From assembly GCA_037925075.1 (NCBI GenBank), contig JAXSNR010000002.1, forward strand, positions 576,001-640,000: DNA of 64,000 nucleotides. The letters are read 5' to 3'. The position numbers and the translations under genes are program-made. Shown in pieces: positions 27,097 to 38,583 of this stretch. Position 1 is the stretch's first letter; each line of letters opens with the position of its first letter. The DNA is from Aquificaceae bacterium (GTDB lineage Bacteria > Aquificota > Aquificia > Aquificales > Aquificaceae). The notes beneath the pieces were generated by a model. That model saw nothing but the letters and a program-made list of their open reading frames with translations. It was not told the DNA's origin and made no database searches.

Positions 27097-27536
27097 AGCT
27101 CCTTACTGTCAAGAATTATGGTAACAGGTCCCCAGTTTACTATATGCACCTCCATCATGGCACCAAACACACCACATTGTGTAGGCACATATTCTGAAAG
27201 CCTTTTCACAAAATGCTCGTATAGTTCTCTTGCCCTTTCTGGCTTTTCCGCAAGTTCAAAGCTTGGTCTTCTGCCCTTTTTGGTGTTGGCATAAAGTGTA
27301 AACTGAGAGACCACAAGGGCAGACCCTCTTATGTCAAGAAGAGAAAGGTTAAACTTTCCAGAAGCATCCTCAAAAATGCGGAGGTTTACAGTCTTTTCCA
27401 CAAGCTTTTCCACATCCTCCTCCTTATCACCCACACCTACACCCAGAAGGATGTTCAGTCCTTCCCCTATACTTGCCACTTCCAAACCATCCACAAAAAC
27501 TTTGGACTCTTTCACCCTTTGCAAAACTGCCCTCAT
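27093..27536 (-). CDS. dtd: D-aminoacyl-tRNA deacylase
   Basis: [35 protein letters not shown]. Confidence 0.96.
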   Translation of the reverse strand: MRAVLQRVKESKVFVDGLEVASIGEGLNILLGVGVGDKEEDVEKLVEKTVNLRIFEDASGKFNLSLLDIRGSALVVSQFTLYANTKKGRRPSFELAEKPERARELYEHFVKRLSEYVPTQCGVFGAMMEVHIVNWGPVTIILDSKEL

Positions 27537-27579
27537 GGTGTAAGATTTTATTGTAGAATTAAGGAGACAGGAGGGAAAT

Positions 27580-28671
27580 ATGAAAAGAATCGGTATCTTA
27601 CTCATAAGTTCTACGGTCCTCTTTGCACAGGACTTTTCTAACATGAGGCTTTTTGATGCTGTAAATCAGGTTCAGAGGAATATTGAGCTTGCAAAAAGGG
27701 CGGAAGCGGACAAAAAAAACCCATATCACTTTGAAAAGGCAAAGGCGAGCAGGGATGTGGCAAATAGACTTGCTTCCAACATGGACGAAATTGGTGCAAG
27801 GCTCTTTATGGTAAAGAGCTTTAATGCCCTTTCCAAAACCGCTTCAGGGAAGGTAGAACTTGATAACATGGAATTTATAACTCATACAGATATGAATAAG
27901 GTTAAAAAGGTTGAATACGGCGAGTATGGAGAACCGCTTTACTACGATGAGGAAGAAGGCTCAAAAACAAGGTTAGAATACGAAAAGGCTCTTGGGCTTG
28001 ACATAAACTCTCTCAATTCAAGCCTAAAGTATGCCAGAGAAAACAAGGCTTTAAACTGTGCACCGGTGGAGCTTGCAAGGGCGGAAGTCTACTACAATGC
28101 CATGGCTTACGAGCTTTCAAAACCTAAACCAAACCTCACGGAGCTTGTGGAATTTTACTCAAAGTCTAAATCGGAAGTAAACAACGCCATACAGAAGGTC
28201 AACATAGCCAAGGAGGGAAACCTTGAGTGCTATACGGGTAAGCCTTTTGTTCCAGAGCTTGCAAAGGCTGAGGCAGAAACTCCCGCACCCACTACCATAC
28301 CACCTCAACCTCAGGAAGAACCTCTTATGGTAACCGCAAGGGTTCACTTTGACTTTGATAAACACAACATAAAGAGGGAATACATACCTCTTCTTAATGA
28401 GGTGGTCAAAACTCTAAAGGAAAACCCAAACGTGAGGGTAAGGATAGAAGGCTTTACTGATGATATAGGTCCGAAGGCTTACAACGACAAGCTTGCCTTG
28501 AAAAGGGCTCAGGCGGTAAGGGATTATCTCGTAAGGGCTGGTATACCCGCGGATAGAATAGAGATTGCCGGCTTTGGCAAAGAGAGATACATAGCGGACA
28601 ACACCACACCCATAGGAAGGTTTACCAACAGAAGGGCTGAATTTATCATCCTTCAGGTGCCGGGTCAGTAA
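27580..28671 (+). CDS. OmpA-family peptidoglycan-binding protein with helical N-terminal domains
   Basis: Signal peptide; [29 protein letters not shown]. Confidence 0.9.
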   Translation: MKRIGILLISSTVLFAQDFSNMRLFDAVNQVQRNIELAKRAEADKKNPYHFEKAKASRDVANRLASNMDEIGARLFMVKSFNALSKTASGKVELDNMEFITHTDMNKVKKVEYGEYGEPLYYDEEEGSKTRLEYEKALGLDINSLNSSLKYARENKALNCAPVELARAEVYYNAMAYELSKPKPNLTELVEFYSKSKSEVNNAIQKVNIAKEGNLECYTGKPFVPELAKAEAETPAPTTIPPQPQEEPLMVTARVHFDFDKHNIKREYIPLLNEVVKTLKENPNVRVRIEGFTDDIGPKAYNDKLALKRAQAVRDYLVRAGIPADRIEIAGFGKERYIADNTTPIGRFTNRRAEFIILQVPGQ

Positions 28672-30146
28672 AGGCAAAGGCCAAAATCCGCAAAATTTTT
28701 ATCTTTGCGAGCATCCACAAGAAATTTAAGAAGCCTACTTTCTGAGCCCGTGTATAACCTGAAGGTTTCTATCTGCCTGCAACCTTCAAAGGAGCCAAGC
28801 TTGAAGACCACAAGAGAGCCCTTTTCTGGCTCTTTATCCCTTATTATCTTCCTCTCCGCGTAGAAGGGAAGGCTGTGATGAAACTGTCCCACCTCATATA
28901 CAGGTCTTGAGGCATTTCCATCCAACTTTTTTATAAACTCTCCCAGTTCCCTAACCTTCCTCCTTTCCTCAAGCTCCGGAAGAAGCCCCAATTTTAGGAG
29001 AACAACCACCAAGACACCAGCCATGGCAGGGGCAAGTCTGTAGTCCCTCAAAAGTAAAATAAAAGGAAGGGGAGATAGAACAAGCAGTAAAGGGTTCAGC
29101 GAGAAAAGAAACACACCTGCAAAATATATGGCTACTATAAGGAAAGAAGGCACAAAGGACATAAGCCTTTTGAGCTTTTCCCAGTCAGAGGAGAGCATAA
29201 AGCCAGAGGTTATTATTGAAAGGGCTGGAAAGGCAGGAAGCACATAAACAGGTATCTTTTGAGCTATAAGACTAAAAAACCCATAGATGGAAGCAAACCA
29301 AACCAAGGGGAAGGCATACTCCCTTCTGAGCTTGAAAACCACCCAAAAGAAGGCGGGAAAAAAGATAAGAGAATAGGGCAAAAAGCTAACATTTAAGTCC
29401 GCTAAGTAAAAGTAAAAGGGCTCATCGCCGTGATAGACCCGCTTGATGTTTTCCCGATAGAAGACCTCCCAAAAAAGATTTCCTTTTGTAAAGAGCTGAT
29501 AAAGGTGCCACCACAAGCCCAAAGTCAGGGCAAAAAGGCTAAGCACATAATACCTGAGCTTGAAAAGCTCCCTTGGGTTTATCAAAAGAAGGTATAAAAA
29601 AACAACACTTGCAGGCAACACAAAACCCGCAGGACCCTTCACCCACATGGCAAAGGAAGAGTACAAAAAGGCAAGAAAAAGAAGGGTCAAACTTCTTCTT
29701 CTGTAATACATAAGCCATAAATACAGGCAAAGGGTAATAAAAAAGGTAAAGGGCATTTCAGGTGAAGCATACTGAGAATTGGCAAAGAACTGCACAGAGA
29801 GGGTAAGCATAACCAAGCTAAGCATTCCTACCCGCCAGCTTCCTGTAAGCTCCTTTGCCATCAACATGGTTATAAGACCAGTTCCAAGCCCAAGAAGGGC
29901 ATGCATAAACCTAAGAGCAAACTCGTTAATACCAAAAAGGTAATAGCCCAAAGCCACCAACCAATAGGTCATAGGGGGCTTGTTGAGCCTAAGCTCTCCG
30001 TTGTAATAGGGTGTTATGAAATCTCCGCTCTGTAGCATCCTACGTGCGGAGTCTGCGTAAAAGGCTTCGTTGGGAGACCAAACCTGAAAGGCTCCAAGGT
30101 TAAGAAAGTAGAGGGTGGCTACCACAAAAGCCAGAAGGTAAAGCAT
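28665..30146 (-). CDS. ArnT/PMT-family (GT-C) membrane glycosyltransferase
   Basis: [19 protein letters not shown]...KPPMTYW, KGPAG; many TM segments. Confidence 0.88.
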   Translation of the reverse strand: MLYLLAFVVATLYFLNLGAFQVWSPNEAFYADSARRMLQSGDFITPYYNGELRLNKPPMTYWLVALGYYLFGINEFALRFMHALLGLGTGLITMLMAKELTGSWRVGMLSLVMLTLSVQFFANSQYASPEMPFTFFITLCLYLWLMYYRRRSLTLLFLAFLYSSFAMWVKGPAGFVLPASVVFLYLLLINPRELFKLRYYVLSLFALTLGLWWHLYQLFTKGNLFWEVFYRENIKRVYHGDEPFYFYLADLNVSFLPYSLIFFPAFFWVVFKLRREYAFPLVWFASIYGFFSLIAQKIPVYVLPAFPALSIITSGFMLSSDWEKLKRLMSFVPSFLIVAIYFAGVFLFSLNPLLLVLSPLPFILLLRDYRLAPAMAGVLVVVLLKLGLLPELEERRKVRELGEFIKKLDGNASRPVYEVGQFHHSLPFYAERKIIRDKEPEKGSLVVFKLGSFEGCRQIETFRLYTGSESRLLKFLVDARKDKNFADFGLCLY

Positions 30147-30161
30147 GCTACAATTATAAAC
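30147..30161. promoter_or_regulatory. Bidirectional leaderless promoter
   Basis: 15-bp gap; TACAAT-7nt-ATG on +, TATAAT-6nt-ATG on -. Confidence 0.6.
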
Positions 30162-31025
30162 ATGAAAACCATACCCTTTATGAGCCTCAGATACTACGCC
30201 TACCTTATATCTTTCGTGCTTATCCTCCTAAGCCTTTTATCCTTATCCTACAAGGGTCTTAATCTTGGGCTTGACTTCACTGGGGGTAGTGTCCTTGAGG
30301 TAAAGTTTGAAAAACCCGTAAAGGTTGGAGATGTTAGAAAGCTTTTAGAAGGTGCAGGATACTCCCATTTTCAGGTGCAGGACACTGCCCAGAAAACCCT
30401 TATAGTAAAGTTAAGGCTTGGAGACCCTACCGATAAGGCTCTTGAAGAGCTTAAAAAACTCTCACCCTACACGCTTATAAGATCTGAGAGTATAGGAGGT
30501 GTGATAACCTCCGAGCTTCGCCAGAAGGCGGTATGGGCTATGCTGGTTGCCCTTGGAGGCATACTCCTTTACCTTGGATATAGGTTTGAGCCCATCTGGG
30601 CTTTGGGAGCCATACTTGCCTTGGCTCACGATGTGCTTATAGTGATGGGTGCCTATTCCATAACCCAGAGGGAGGTGAACCTTGATGTGGTGGCCGCCTT
30701 TCTCATAGTCGCTGGATATTCCGTTTCAGACACGGTGGTGGTCTTTGACAGAATCAGAGAGAACCTACGCATAAGGAAAGGCACCCCCTTTGGGGACCTA
30801 ATAGACATATCCATAAACCAAACCCTCGCCAGAACCATCATGACCTCCCTTACCACCTTTGTGGTTGCCCTTATGCTTTTTGTGTTTGGAGGTCCTGCCC
30901 TTTCTAACATAATGTTCTCCTTTGTGGTGGGTGTGGTGGTGGGCACTTTATCTTCCATATTCGTCGCAAGTGCTCTGGTCTTTGATATTAAGAGCAGGCT
31001 CAGAACCCAGCCTGCGGGTGTATAA
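30162..31025 (+). CDS. secF: Protein translocase subunit SecF
   Basis: [43 protein letters not shown]. Confidence 0.96.
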   Translation: MKTIPFMSLRYYAYLISFVLILLSLLSLSYKGLNLGLDFTGGSVLEVKFEKPVKVGDVRKLLEGAGYSHFQVQDTAQKTLIVKLRLGDPTDKALEELKKLSPYTLIRSESIGGVITSELRQKAVWAMLVALGGILLYLGYRFEPIWALGAILALAHDVLIVMGAYSITQREVNLDVVAAFLIVAGYSVSDTVVVFDRIRENLRIRKGTPFGDLIDISINQTLARTIMTSLTTFVVALMLFVFGGPALSNIMFSFVVGVVVGTLSSIFVASALVFDIKSRLRTQPAGV

Positions 31026-31033
31026 TCTTATTG

Positions 31034-31600
31034 ATGAAGGACCTTATACTAAGGGTAGGCGGTCTAATAGCAGTTGTGCTCGCCATCGTTGGAAGCTTTC
31101 TCCTTTGGGATAACTACAGGAACCGAAAACTTCAGGAGCTTGCTTACAAAGAGTATGAAATAAGAAAGCTTTTGCAAGCGGGCAATTACAAAAAGGCAGA
31201 GGAGCTAATAAGCTCAGCTTCTAACAGTCCCTTTAAACCCCTTTTCCTGTCTTACCGATTGTATATGGCAGACCATGCAAAGGACCAAAAGGTCAACACC
31301 TCTGAGACCCTCCGCGAGATAATAAAAAACCTCAAAGACAAGGAGCTATTAGCCATTTACAGGGAAAGGTATGCCCATGAGCTTTTCAAAGAGGGTAAAA
31401 ACAAGGAAGCCCTCAAAGAACTGGAGAACATAAGAGAGGATGACTTTAACTACACAAGCTCTCTCTTACTAAAGGCTCAGATCCTATGGGTGGAGGGAAA
31501 AAAGGAAGAGGCAAGAGAAGTCCTAAAAAAGATAGAGGGGGAAAGCCCTAACACATACTTTGCCAACATGGCACGGGCTTTTTCTCTTGTGGGGGATTAG
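31034..31600 (+). CDS. Membrane-anchored TPR protein (YfgM-like)
   Basis: N-terminal TM helix followed by TPR-like helices; next to secF. Confidence 0.65.
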   Translation: MKDLILRVGGLIAVVLAIVGSFLLWDNYRNRKLQELAYKEYEIRKLLQAGNYKKAEELISSASNSPFKPLFLSYRLYMADHAKDQKVNTSETLREIIKNLKDKELLAIYRERYAHELFKEGKNKEALKELENIREDDFNYTSSLLLKAQILWVEGKKEEAREVLKKIEGESPNTYFANMARAFSLVGD

Positions 31601-31601
31601 C

Positions 31602-33581
31602 ATGAAGGACCTTCTTGTAGAAATAGGAACCGAGGAGCTACCCGCAAGTCATATCTTGCCCGCATTAAACTACCTGAGGGAGAAGCTCTCCCAAATCTTA
31701 CGCAGGCAAGACATACAAACCTTTGCAAATCCAAGAAGGCTCGCCTTTTTTGTTAAAAACCTTGAAGATACAGCCCCAGAAAGGGAGGAAACCATCTACG
31801 GTCCACCAGTAACAGTGGCTTATGAAAACCAAAAGCCCACAAAGGCACTCCTCGCCTTTCTTGAAAGGAACAAGGCAAGCATGGAAGAGGTAATACAACT
31901 CCAAAAGGGAGAAGGTCTTTACGTGGCTATAAGGAAAAGGATAAAAGAAGCATCGCCCCTTGAAAGTCTATCTGAGCAATTTCAGGAAATCCTTCAGTCT
32001 GTTCCCTTTCCCAAAACCATGAGGTGGGATTCCTCAGGGCTTAGGTTTTCAAGACCCATAAGGTGGATATGTGCCCTCTACGGCGACCAAGTCATACCAC
32101 TTTCTTTTGGAAGGTTAAAGGCGGACAGGTTTACCTTTGGACACAGGATACTTTCCCCTGAAGCTCTGGAACTCAAAAGTGCTGGAGAATATTTAGAAGT
32201 TTTAAGAAATAACTATGTGGTTGCGGACTACAAGGAAAGGCTCGGTATGGTGCTTGCTTTCCTTCAGGATGAAGCCTATTCCCTTGGAGGAAAGCCTCTA
32301 TACCCTGAAGGACTAGAAGAAGAGGTGGCAAACCTTGTGGAGTTTCCCTTTGCGGTGGTTGGAAGGTTTGAGGAGAAATACCTTGAGCTTCCGGACAAGG
32401 TTATAATGACCGTTCTTGCCCATCATCAGAGGTTCTTCTGCGTAGAGAGGGATGGCAAGCTTCTACCATACTTTATAGCCATAAGCAACAACTACCCAAG
32501 AGATGGAGTGATAGTAAAAGGCTACGAAAAGGTTATAAGGGCAAGGCTCGAAGACGCCCTATTTTTCTACAGGGAAGACCTCAAAAGACCCCTTGAAGAC
32601 TTCCTTTCTGGGCTTTCTGATGTCCTTTTCCATCCAAAGGCTGGTAGTATGCTGGAAAAGGTCAGAAGAGTGGGAGCTCTTGCCATGAAATTAGCAGACC
32701 TTCTTGGATTTTCTGAAGAGAAGAAAAAGATAGAGAGGGTAAGCCAGCTTTGCAAGGCGGACCTTCTTACGCAGATGGTAAGAGAGTTTGACGAACTTCA
32801 AGGGTATATGGGATATATATATGCCCTAAAGCAGGGAGAAGACCCGGAGGTTGCCCTTGCCCTCTATGAGCATTATCTTCCAGTGCGACCCTCAGACCCG
32901 CTACCTTCAAGCCATATATCTGCAGTGCTTTCTGTTGCTGACAGGCTTGACAGTTTAAATACCCTTATAGCAGTGGGTGAAGCCCCAAGCGGAAGCTCAG
33001 ACCCATACGGTATGAAAAGGCTTGCTCACGGGCTTTTTGCCATAATAGAAGCCTTTGAATGGGATATAGACATCTCACAGTTGCTTGATGGGTCCTATAA
33101 AGATTTGGAGAAGTTTCTTGAGGCAAGGCTCGAGGCCTACCTTGACCCATATGGCTATGACCTTGTGAGGGCTGTTCTTGAGGTCAAAAGCCCTCTCAGG
33201 CCTTACCAAGTTATAAACACGGTAAAGACCCTTGCCAGCTTGAAGGATGAGGAAGAATTTAAGAATATAGTAGAGGCATACAGAAGGGTAGTCAAAATAC
33301 TACCTTCAGGATGGGAGGAAGATATGGTGGAAGAAGGACTACTTCAGGAGGAAGAGGAAAAAAGGCTTTGGCAAGCATACAAAAGTCTTGAAAACGCTCA
33401 GGACCTTTTTAACCTTTCCGCCCTGAAGGACCCTATAGACAGCTTCTTTGATAAGGTTCTCGTAATGGACCCCCGAGAAGACATAAGGAAAAACAGGATC
33501 GCCCTTCTCTACAGAATAAAGAAACTTTTTAACAGGTTTGCGGACTTCAGCAAGATAGTAATAGAAGGAGGTAAGGCATGA
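31602..33581 (+). CDS. glyS: Glycine--tRNA ligase beta subunit
   Basis: LLVEIGTEELP, PRRLA, FPKTMRW, FSRPIRW, KADLLTQMVREFDELQG, SGSSDPY. Confidence 0.97.
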   Translation: MKDLLVEIGTEELPASHILPALNYLREKLSQILRRQDIQTFANPRRLAFFVKNLEDTAPEREETIYGPPVTVAYENQKPTKALLAFLERNKASMEEVIQLQKGEGLYVAIRKRIKEASPLESLSEQFQEILQSVPFPKTMRWDSSGLRFSRPIRWICALYGDQVIPLSFGRLKADRFTFGHRILSPEALELKSAGEYLEVLRNNYVVADYKERLGMVLAFLQDEAYSLGGKPLYPEGLEEEVANLVEFPFAVVGRFEEKYLELPDKVIMTVLAHHQRFFCVERDGKLLPYFIAISNNYPRDGVIVKGYEKVIRARLEDALFFYREDLKRPLEDFLSGLSDVLFHPKAGSMLEKVRRVGALAMKLADLLGFSEEKKKIERVSQLCKADLLTQMVREFDELQGYMGYIYALKQGEDPEVALALYEHYLPVRPSDPLPSSHISAVLSVADRLDSLNTLIAVGEAPSGSSDPYGMKRLAHGLFAIIEAFEWDIDISQLLDGSYKDLEKFLEARLEAYLDPYGYDLVRAVLEVKSPLRPYQVINTVKTLASLKDEEEFKNIVEAYRRVVKILPSGWEEDMVEEGLLQEEEEKRLWQAYKSLENAQDLFNLSALKDPIDSFFDKVLVMDPREDIRKNRIALLYRIKKLFNRFADFSKIVIEGGKA

Positions 33582-36133
33582 AATACCTTGTATGGCTTGA
33601 TGAGGTGGGCATTGAAGACATATCCCTTGTGGGGGGCAAAAATGCCTCGCTCGGAGAGATGATAAGAAACCTTTCCTCCCTTGGTGTAAATGTGCCTTAC
33701 GGCTTTGTGGTTACATCGGAAGCCTACTATGAATTCGTAAGATACAACAAACTTGAGGAAGAAATCAAAAAAATACTTCTTGGACTTGATCCAAACAATG
33801 TGGAAGATCTGGCACGCAGAGGCCATCAGATAAGGGAGCTTATAAAGGGTGGAGAGTTTCCAAAGGAGATTGAAGAGGGAATAAAAAGTTATTACCAAAA
33901 ACTTTCGGAAAAGTATGGCTCCTTTGCGGTTGATGTGGCGGTGCGTTCCTCGGCGACCGCAGAAGACCTACCCCATGCCTCCTTTGCGGGACAACAAGAG
34001 ACCTACCTCAACGTGGTGGGTGCGGAAAATGTGCTAACCGCAGTTAAAAACGGCTTTGCTTCCCTCTTTACCGACAGAGCCATCTCTTACAGAGAATCCT
34101 TTGGTTTTGACCACTTTAAGGTAGGCATAGCCATGGGAGTTCAAAAGATGGTGCGCTCCGACATGGGTGCGTCGGGTGTTATGTTTACCCTCGATACAGA
34201 ATCTGGCTTTAAGGATGTGGTGGTAATAAACGCCACCTACGGCCTTGGAGAGCTTTTGGTTCAAGGCATGGTTACCCCAGATGAATACATGGTTTTTAAG
34301 CCTACCCTTCGAGCTGGGTACTCCGCCATAATTGAGAAAAGGCTTGGAAGAAAGGATAGAAAGATGGTCTACGGCACCGGACAGGAAAGGGTAAAGGTGG
34401 TAAATGTACCCCTTCAAGAACAAAAACGTTTTGCTCTCTCTGATGAAGAGATACTACAGTTGGCAAGATGGGGCATGCTTGTGGAGGATTACTATTCCAA
34501 AAGAAACGGAAGATGGATGCCCATGGACATAGAATGGGCAAAGGATGGACTTCTAAATCAACTTTTTGTGGTGCAAGCAAGACCGGAAACTGTACATTCA
34601 AGAAAAGAAGAAAACCTTCTAAAGGTATACAGATTTATACAACCGATAGAGGAAAGGATAAAAAAGAGGATAGTGTACGGCATTGCGGTTGGTGATAAGA
34701 TAGCCCACGGAAAGGTAAGGGTTATACATGACCTAAAGGATGCTGGGCAGTTTCAAGAAGGTGAGATCCTTGTCACCGACATAACGGACCCTGACTGGGA
34801 ACCTATAATGAAAAAGGCAAGTGGCATAATAACCAACAGAGGCGGAAGGACTGCCCATGCCGCCATAGTGGCAAGAGAACTCGGAATACCTGCCATCGTC
34901 GGAACACACAAGGCAACGGAAATACTTAAGACTGGTATGGAGATCACCCTATCTTGTGCTGAAGGTGAGATTGGGTATGTTTATGAGGGTCTTGTGCCCT
35001 TTGAAATTGAAGAGATAAACCTTGAAAACCTTCCAAGGACAAACACAAGGATAATGATGAACGTGGGGAACCCTGAGTCTGCCTTTAAGTACTCTTCTTT
35101 GCCCAACGATGGGGTTGGTCTTGCAAGGGAGGAGTTTATCATAGCCAATTATATAAAAATACACCCACTTGCTCTTCTTCACTACGAGGAAATAAGAAAT
35201 CTTTATGAGGAAATAAAAGCTCAAGGTCTTTTGGATGACAGGGGCAATGTGAGCATGGGTGTAATATACAGATATGCAAACCCAAGTCTTTCTGAAAAAT
35301 TTGCAAAGGGTAAGGACAAAAAGCAGGTAAACCTTCAAAAGATTATAGAAGACATAGAAAGCCTCACCTTTGGTTATGAGGACAAGGCTCAGTACTTTGT
35401 CAAAAAGCTCTCCTACGGAGTTGCCAAAATATCTTCCGCCTTCTATCCAAACCCTGTTATAGTTAGGTTTTCAGACTTTAAGTCCAACGAATACAGAGGG
35501 CTGATAGGTGGTGAGCTTTTTGAGCCAGAGGAAGAAAACCCCATGCTCGGCTGGAGAGGTGCCTCAAGGTATTACTCAGATGTTTATAAGGAAGCCTTTG
35601 GACTTGAATGTCAAGCAATCCTGAGGGTGCGTAACAAAATGGGCTTGACAAATACAAAAGTTATGATACCATTTTGTAGAACACCTGAGGAGGGAGAAAG
35701 GGTGCTCGAGGTGATGGAGCAGTATGGATTAAAAAGGGGGGAGAACGGGCTTGAAGTCTATGTTATGGCAGAGCTTCCAAGCAACGTGATCCTTGCGGAC
35801 AGGTTTGCGGAGATATTTGACGGCTTTTCTATCGGTTCCAACGACCTTACACAGCTTACCCTTGGACTTGACAGGGATTCAGGACTTGTCGCACATCTTT
35901 ATGACGAAAGGAACGAAGCAGTAAAAAGGTTCATAGCCCATCTCATACAAGTTGCAAAAGAAAAGGGTAAAAAGGTAGGCATATGCGGTCAGGGACCTTC
36001 AGACTTTCCCGAGTTTGCAGTATTCTTGGTGGAACAGGGCATAGACAGCATATCCCTTAACCCAGACTCGGTGCTCAAAACCATGCTAGTGGTTGCAGAG
36101 TCAGAAAATAAAATGAGGGAGACAGTACTATGA
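33578..36133 (+). CDS. ppsA: Phosphoenolpyruvate synthase
   Basis: VGGKNASLGEM, VAVRSSATAEDL, QARPETV, GGRTAHAAI, EEENPMLGWRGASRY, CGQGPSD. Confidence 0.97.
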   Translation: MKYLVWLDEVGIEDISLVGGKNASLGEMIRNLSSLGVNVPYGFVVTSEAYYEFVRYNKLEEEIKKILLGLDPNNVEDLARRGHQIRELIKGGEFPKEIEEGIKSYYQKLSEKYGSFAVDVAVRSSATAEDLPHASFAGQQETYLNVVGAENVLTAVKNGFASLFTDRAISYRESFGFDHFKVGIAMGVQKMVRSDMGASGVMFTLDTESGFKDVVVINATYGLGELLVQGMVTPDEYMVFKPTLRAGYSAIIEKRLGRKDRKMVYGTGQERVKVVNVPLQEQKRFALSDEEILQLARWGMLVEDYYSKRNGRWMPMDIEWAKDGLLNQLFVVQARPETVHSRKEENLLKVYRFIQPIEERIKKRIVYGIAVGDKIAHGKVRVIHDLKDAGQFQEGEILVTDITDPDWEPIMKKASGIITNRGGRTAHAAIVARELGIPAIVGTHKATEILKTGMEITLSCAEGEIGYVYEGLVPFEIEEINLENLPRTNTRIMMNVGNPESAFKYSSLPNDGVGLAREEFIIANYIKIHPLALLHYEEIRNLYEEIKAQGLLDDRGNVSMGVIYRYANPSLSEKFAKGKDKKQVNLQKIIEDIESLTFGYEDKAQYFVKKLSYGVAKISSAFYPNPVIVRFSDFKSNEYRGLIGGELFEPEEENPMLGWRGASRYYSDVYKEAFGLECQAILRVRNKMGLTNTKVMIPFCRTPEEGERVLEVMEQYGLKRGENGLEVYVMAELPSNVILADRFAEIFDGFSIGSNDLTQLTLGLDRDSGLVAHLYDERNEAVKRFIAHLIQVAKEKGKKVGICGQGPSDFPEFAVFLVEQGIDSISLNPDSVLKTMLVVAESENKMRETVL

Positions 36134-36993
36134 AGATAAGCCTTGCCCTTCCATCCTTATCAAGGGGAGTCAAAACCGCAGTAGGCTTGCAGTTTACGGA
36201 GAAAGTTATAAGACTTCTAGAGTTAGGAAAGGACAAAAAACCCACTCTAGAACCAATTGAGGTAAGTCTCGAGGGTAGAGATAAGGAAAAGGTACTGAAA
36301 GACCTCGTTCAAAAACACAAGCTTTCTGGCAGAAGGGTAACCGCCTGCGTGCCCGTCAATGACGGACTTCTAAAGTTCTATAAGTATCCCACAACTATGA
36401 GCAAGAAAGACCTCCAGAATGCTATAGAGTGGTCCATAAAGAGAGAACTTTCTGCTATGAAGGAAGAGACATATTACGACTACTTTGTGCTGGAGCCAAG
36501 GGCTGAGGAAAAGCAGGTGGGCGTAGTTCTAGTGCTTTCCCGTAAGGAAACGGTTGAAAGCATAAGGAAAATGGTTGAAAATGTGGGACTTAAGCTTCAT
36601 ACACTTGACTACGAAATCGTTGCCATAGTAAATTATGGTCTTTATCACAAACTTCCTATTCCCTTCTCCATACTTTACATAGATTACGATTACTCCATAC
36701 TTACAACCTACTCACCTGCCAACATAAACTACTACGTAACCTATTGGAGTTTTTCTGAGTATTTGAAAAGCAGAGATGAAGAATCTCTTGAGGGTTTCTT
36801 TGCAGAAATAAGAAACATAGTAGTCCTCAATGACCTGTCCAGTATGTATGTGGCGGGATCGATCCTTGCAGAGGAAGAAATGCTCACCAGAACCATGGAA
36901 AATCTTCCAGTGCTTGGGCTCCTTGACATTGAAGGTATTAAACCAAACTTTTTTATTCCGTATATATTAAGCATAAGGGGACTGGAAGAATGA
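36130..36993 (+). CDS. pilM: Type IV pilus assembly protein PilM-like
   Basis: First gene of the operon ending in the secretin; divergent PilM-like sequence (YYDYFVL, GLKLHTLDYE). Confidence 0.65.
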   Translation: MKISLALPSLSRGVKTAVGLQFTEKVIRLLELGKDKKPTLEPIEVSLEGRDKEKVLKDLVQKHKLSGRRVTACVPVNDGLLKFYKYPTTMSKKDLQNAIEWSIKRELSAMKEETYYDYFVLEPRAEEKQVGVVLVLSRKETVESIRKMVENVGLKLHTLDYEIVAIVNYGLYHKLPIPFSILYIDYDYSILTTYSPANINYYVTYWSFSEYLKSRDEESLEGFFAEIRNIVVLNDLSSMYVAGSILAEEEMLTRTMENLPVLGLLDIEGIKPNFFIPYILSIRGLEE

Positions 36994-37637
36994 TAAAAAT
37001 AAACCTTGCAAGGGTAAGAAAAGAAAGACAAGAAAAAGCAAAAATAGACGTTACAGCCCTAAAAGGGTTAAAGCTTCAAGACATCTTTAAGGTGGGGGGT
37101 GAGTATTATTTAGGGCTTTTGCTTTGGATTGGTGTGATGGGCATGTTGGGATACTACTGGAATGTAAATAAGCAAAAGAATTCTTTAAAGACAGAACTTG
37201 ATAGTTTAAATGCCCAAAAAATCAAGCTCCAAGCTCAAGCTAAGAAGTTCCTTGAGGAGAAAAAACGAATAGAAGATAATATAGCAAGGCTAAACACCGC
37301 AATACAAGAAATAGAACAAAGTAAGGACATCATAAAGGGTTTAAAAGCCTACTATGATATTTTTAACGAAGGATTGCTTACTTATACGAATTCTTTGCCC
37401 AAGGCTTCTTGGTTTGCTTCTTACAAACAATCCATTGATATAAACCAACAAAAACTTAGCTTTGAGTTTGAAATGAATTCCTTTGATTACAACAGTTTGA
37501 GTTCTTATGGAAAGAATATCAGCAAACACTCAGAAAAAATCCTAATAAGTCCCATAGAAAGGAAAGTGAACCAACACGGCTTTGAGTACTACAGTGCTAA
37601 GTTTTCAACAGAAAAATTGTTGCAGGGAGTGCAGTAA
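36990..37637 (+). CDS. pilN: PilN-like alignment protein
   Basis: MIKINL motif, TM helix, coiled coil. Confidence 0.7.
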   Translation: MIKINLARVRKERQEKAKIDVTALKGLKLQDIFKVGGEYYLGLLLWIGVMGMLGYYWNVNKQKNSLKTELDSLNAQKIKLQAQAKKFLEEKKRIEDNIARLNTAIQEIEQSKDIIKGLKAYYDIFNEGLLTYTNSLPKASWFASYKQSIDINQQKLSFEFEMNSFDYNSLSSYGKNISKHSEKILISPIERKVNQHGFEYYSAKFSTEKLLQGVQ

Positions 37638-38359
37638 TGGGAAAGATTATAGCCCAGTTTAAGGCTTTGCCCCCTTTGCAACGATACATATTGCTTTTGG
37701 CTATACCTATTGTAGTAATAGTTTATCTATGGTTTATGTTCATATCTCCTACAAATGATGAAATAAGCAAACTAAAAATGGACATACAAAAAGAAAAAAC
37801 CGAAATAGAAAACCTCAAAAATACTCTAAAGCCCGCAGTCCTTGAAAATCTCAGAAATCAAGAGAAAAAACTAATGCAAGATTATCAACTAAAGCAGGCA
37901 GAGCTCGTAAGCCTCGTGGGAGAAATCCCAACAGAAAGAGACATGGCTTTGGTTGTCAAGAATATTGGTAGTATAGCCAGAAAGTCTAATTTAACAATTA
38001 TGAGGATACAAGTATCCAACCCCCAAAAGACAACCTTTGCATTATATACAGAAGGGGAAAAGAAGATAGTAAAAGAGTATCAGCAACAACAGCAGACATC
38101 AGACCAGCAAAAAAAAGATCAACAGAAAAGAGCAGATAAACAACAGCAAGCAACTGAACAAAAGACCGTAAGCTTTCTGAAAAGTAAGGTTGAGCTTGAA
38201 CTCCTTGGCACTTATCCTTCCCTTAAAAGCTTCCTTGATAACCTCCAGCAAAGAGGCATAATATCTTATCCTGAATCTTTGTCTATAAGTCCAGAAGGAC
38301 AAAAAATTAGGGCTAAACTTGAAATAAATACATTAATAAAGGAGGGTGGTCAGCCATGA
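37637..38359 (+). CDS. pilO: PilO-like protein
   Basis: TM, coiled coil, EIPTERDM, LLGTYPSLKSFL; Gln-rich insertion. Confidence 0.75.
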   Translation: MGKIIAQFKALPPLQRYILLLAIPIVVIVYLWFMFISPTNDEISKLKMDIQKEKTEIENLKNTLKPAVLENLRNQEKKLMQDYQLKQAELVSLVGEIPTERDMALVVKNIGSIARKSNLTIMRIQVSNPQKTTFALYTEGEKKIVKEYQQQQQTSDQQKKDQQKRADKQQQATEQKTVSFLKSKVELELLGTYPSLKSFLDNLQQRGIISYPESLSISPEGQKIRAKLEINTLIKEGGQP

Positions 38360-38583
38360 GCAGGATATTAACAATTTTGGCGTTTATAGGCTTTTCCTTT
38401 GGTCAGCAGGCTTTTCAAAGCTTGGAAGGTGCGGTGGGTTATATAGTGATAGAAAAAGGGGGTAAATTGGAAAACTATGTGGTAGTGAGTGAAAAAGACG
38501 GTTCTGTTAAGACATTAAAAGTGGATAAAAACCCATCCCAACTGTTAAAGAAGGTTGAAGATAAGGAAGGAGGTAAAAAATGA
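38356..38583 (+). CDS. Small exported protein in the PilP position
   Basis: Signal peptide; lies between pilO and pilQ with overlapping stop/start codons. Confidence 0.55.
   Translation: MSRILTILAFIGFSFGQQAFQSLEGAVGYIVIEKGGKLENYVVVSEKDGSVKTLKVDKNPSQLLKKVEDKEGGKK

Noticed and set aside
35170..35360. Insertion in PpsA considered as a possible intein
   Set aside because: Only about 45 aa, with no C/S start, HN-C/S/T end or endonuclease motifs; likely a lineage-specific loop.
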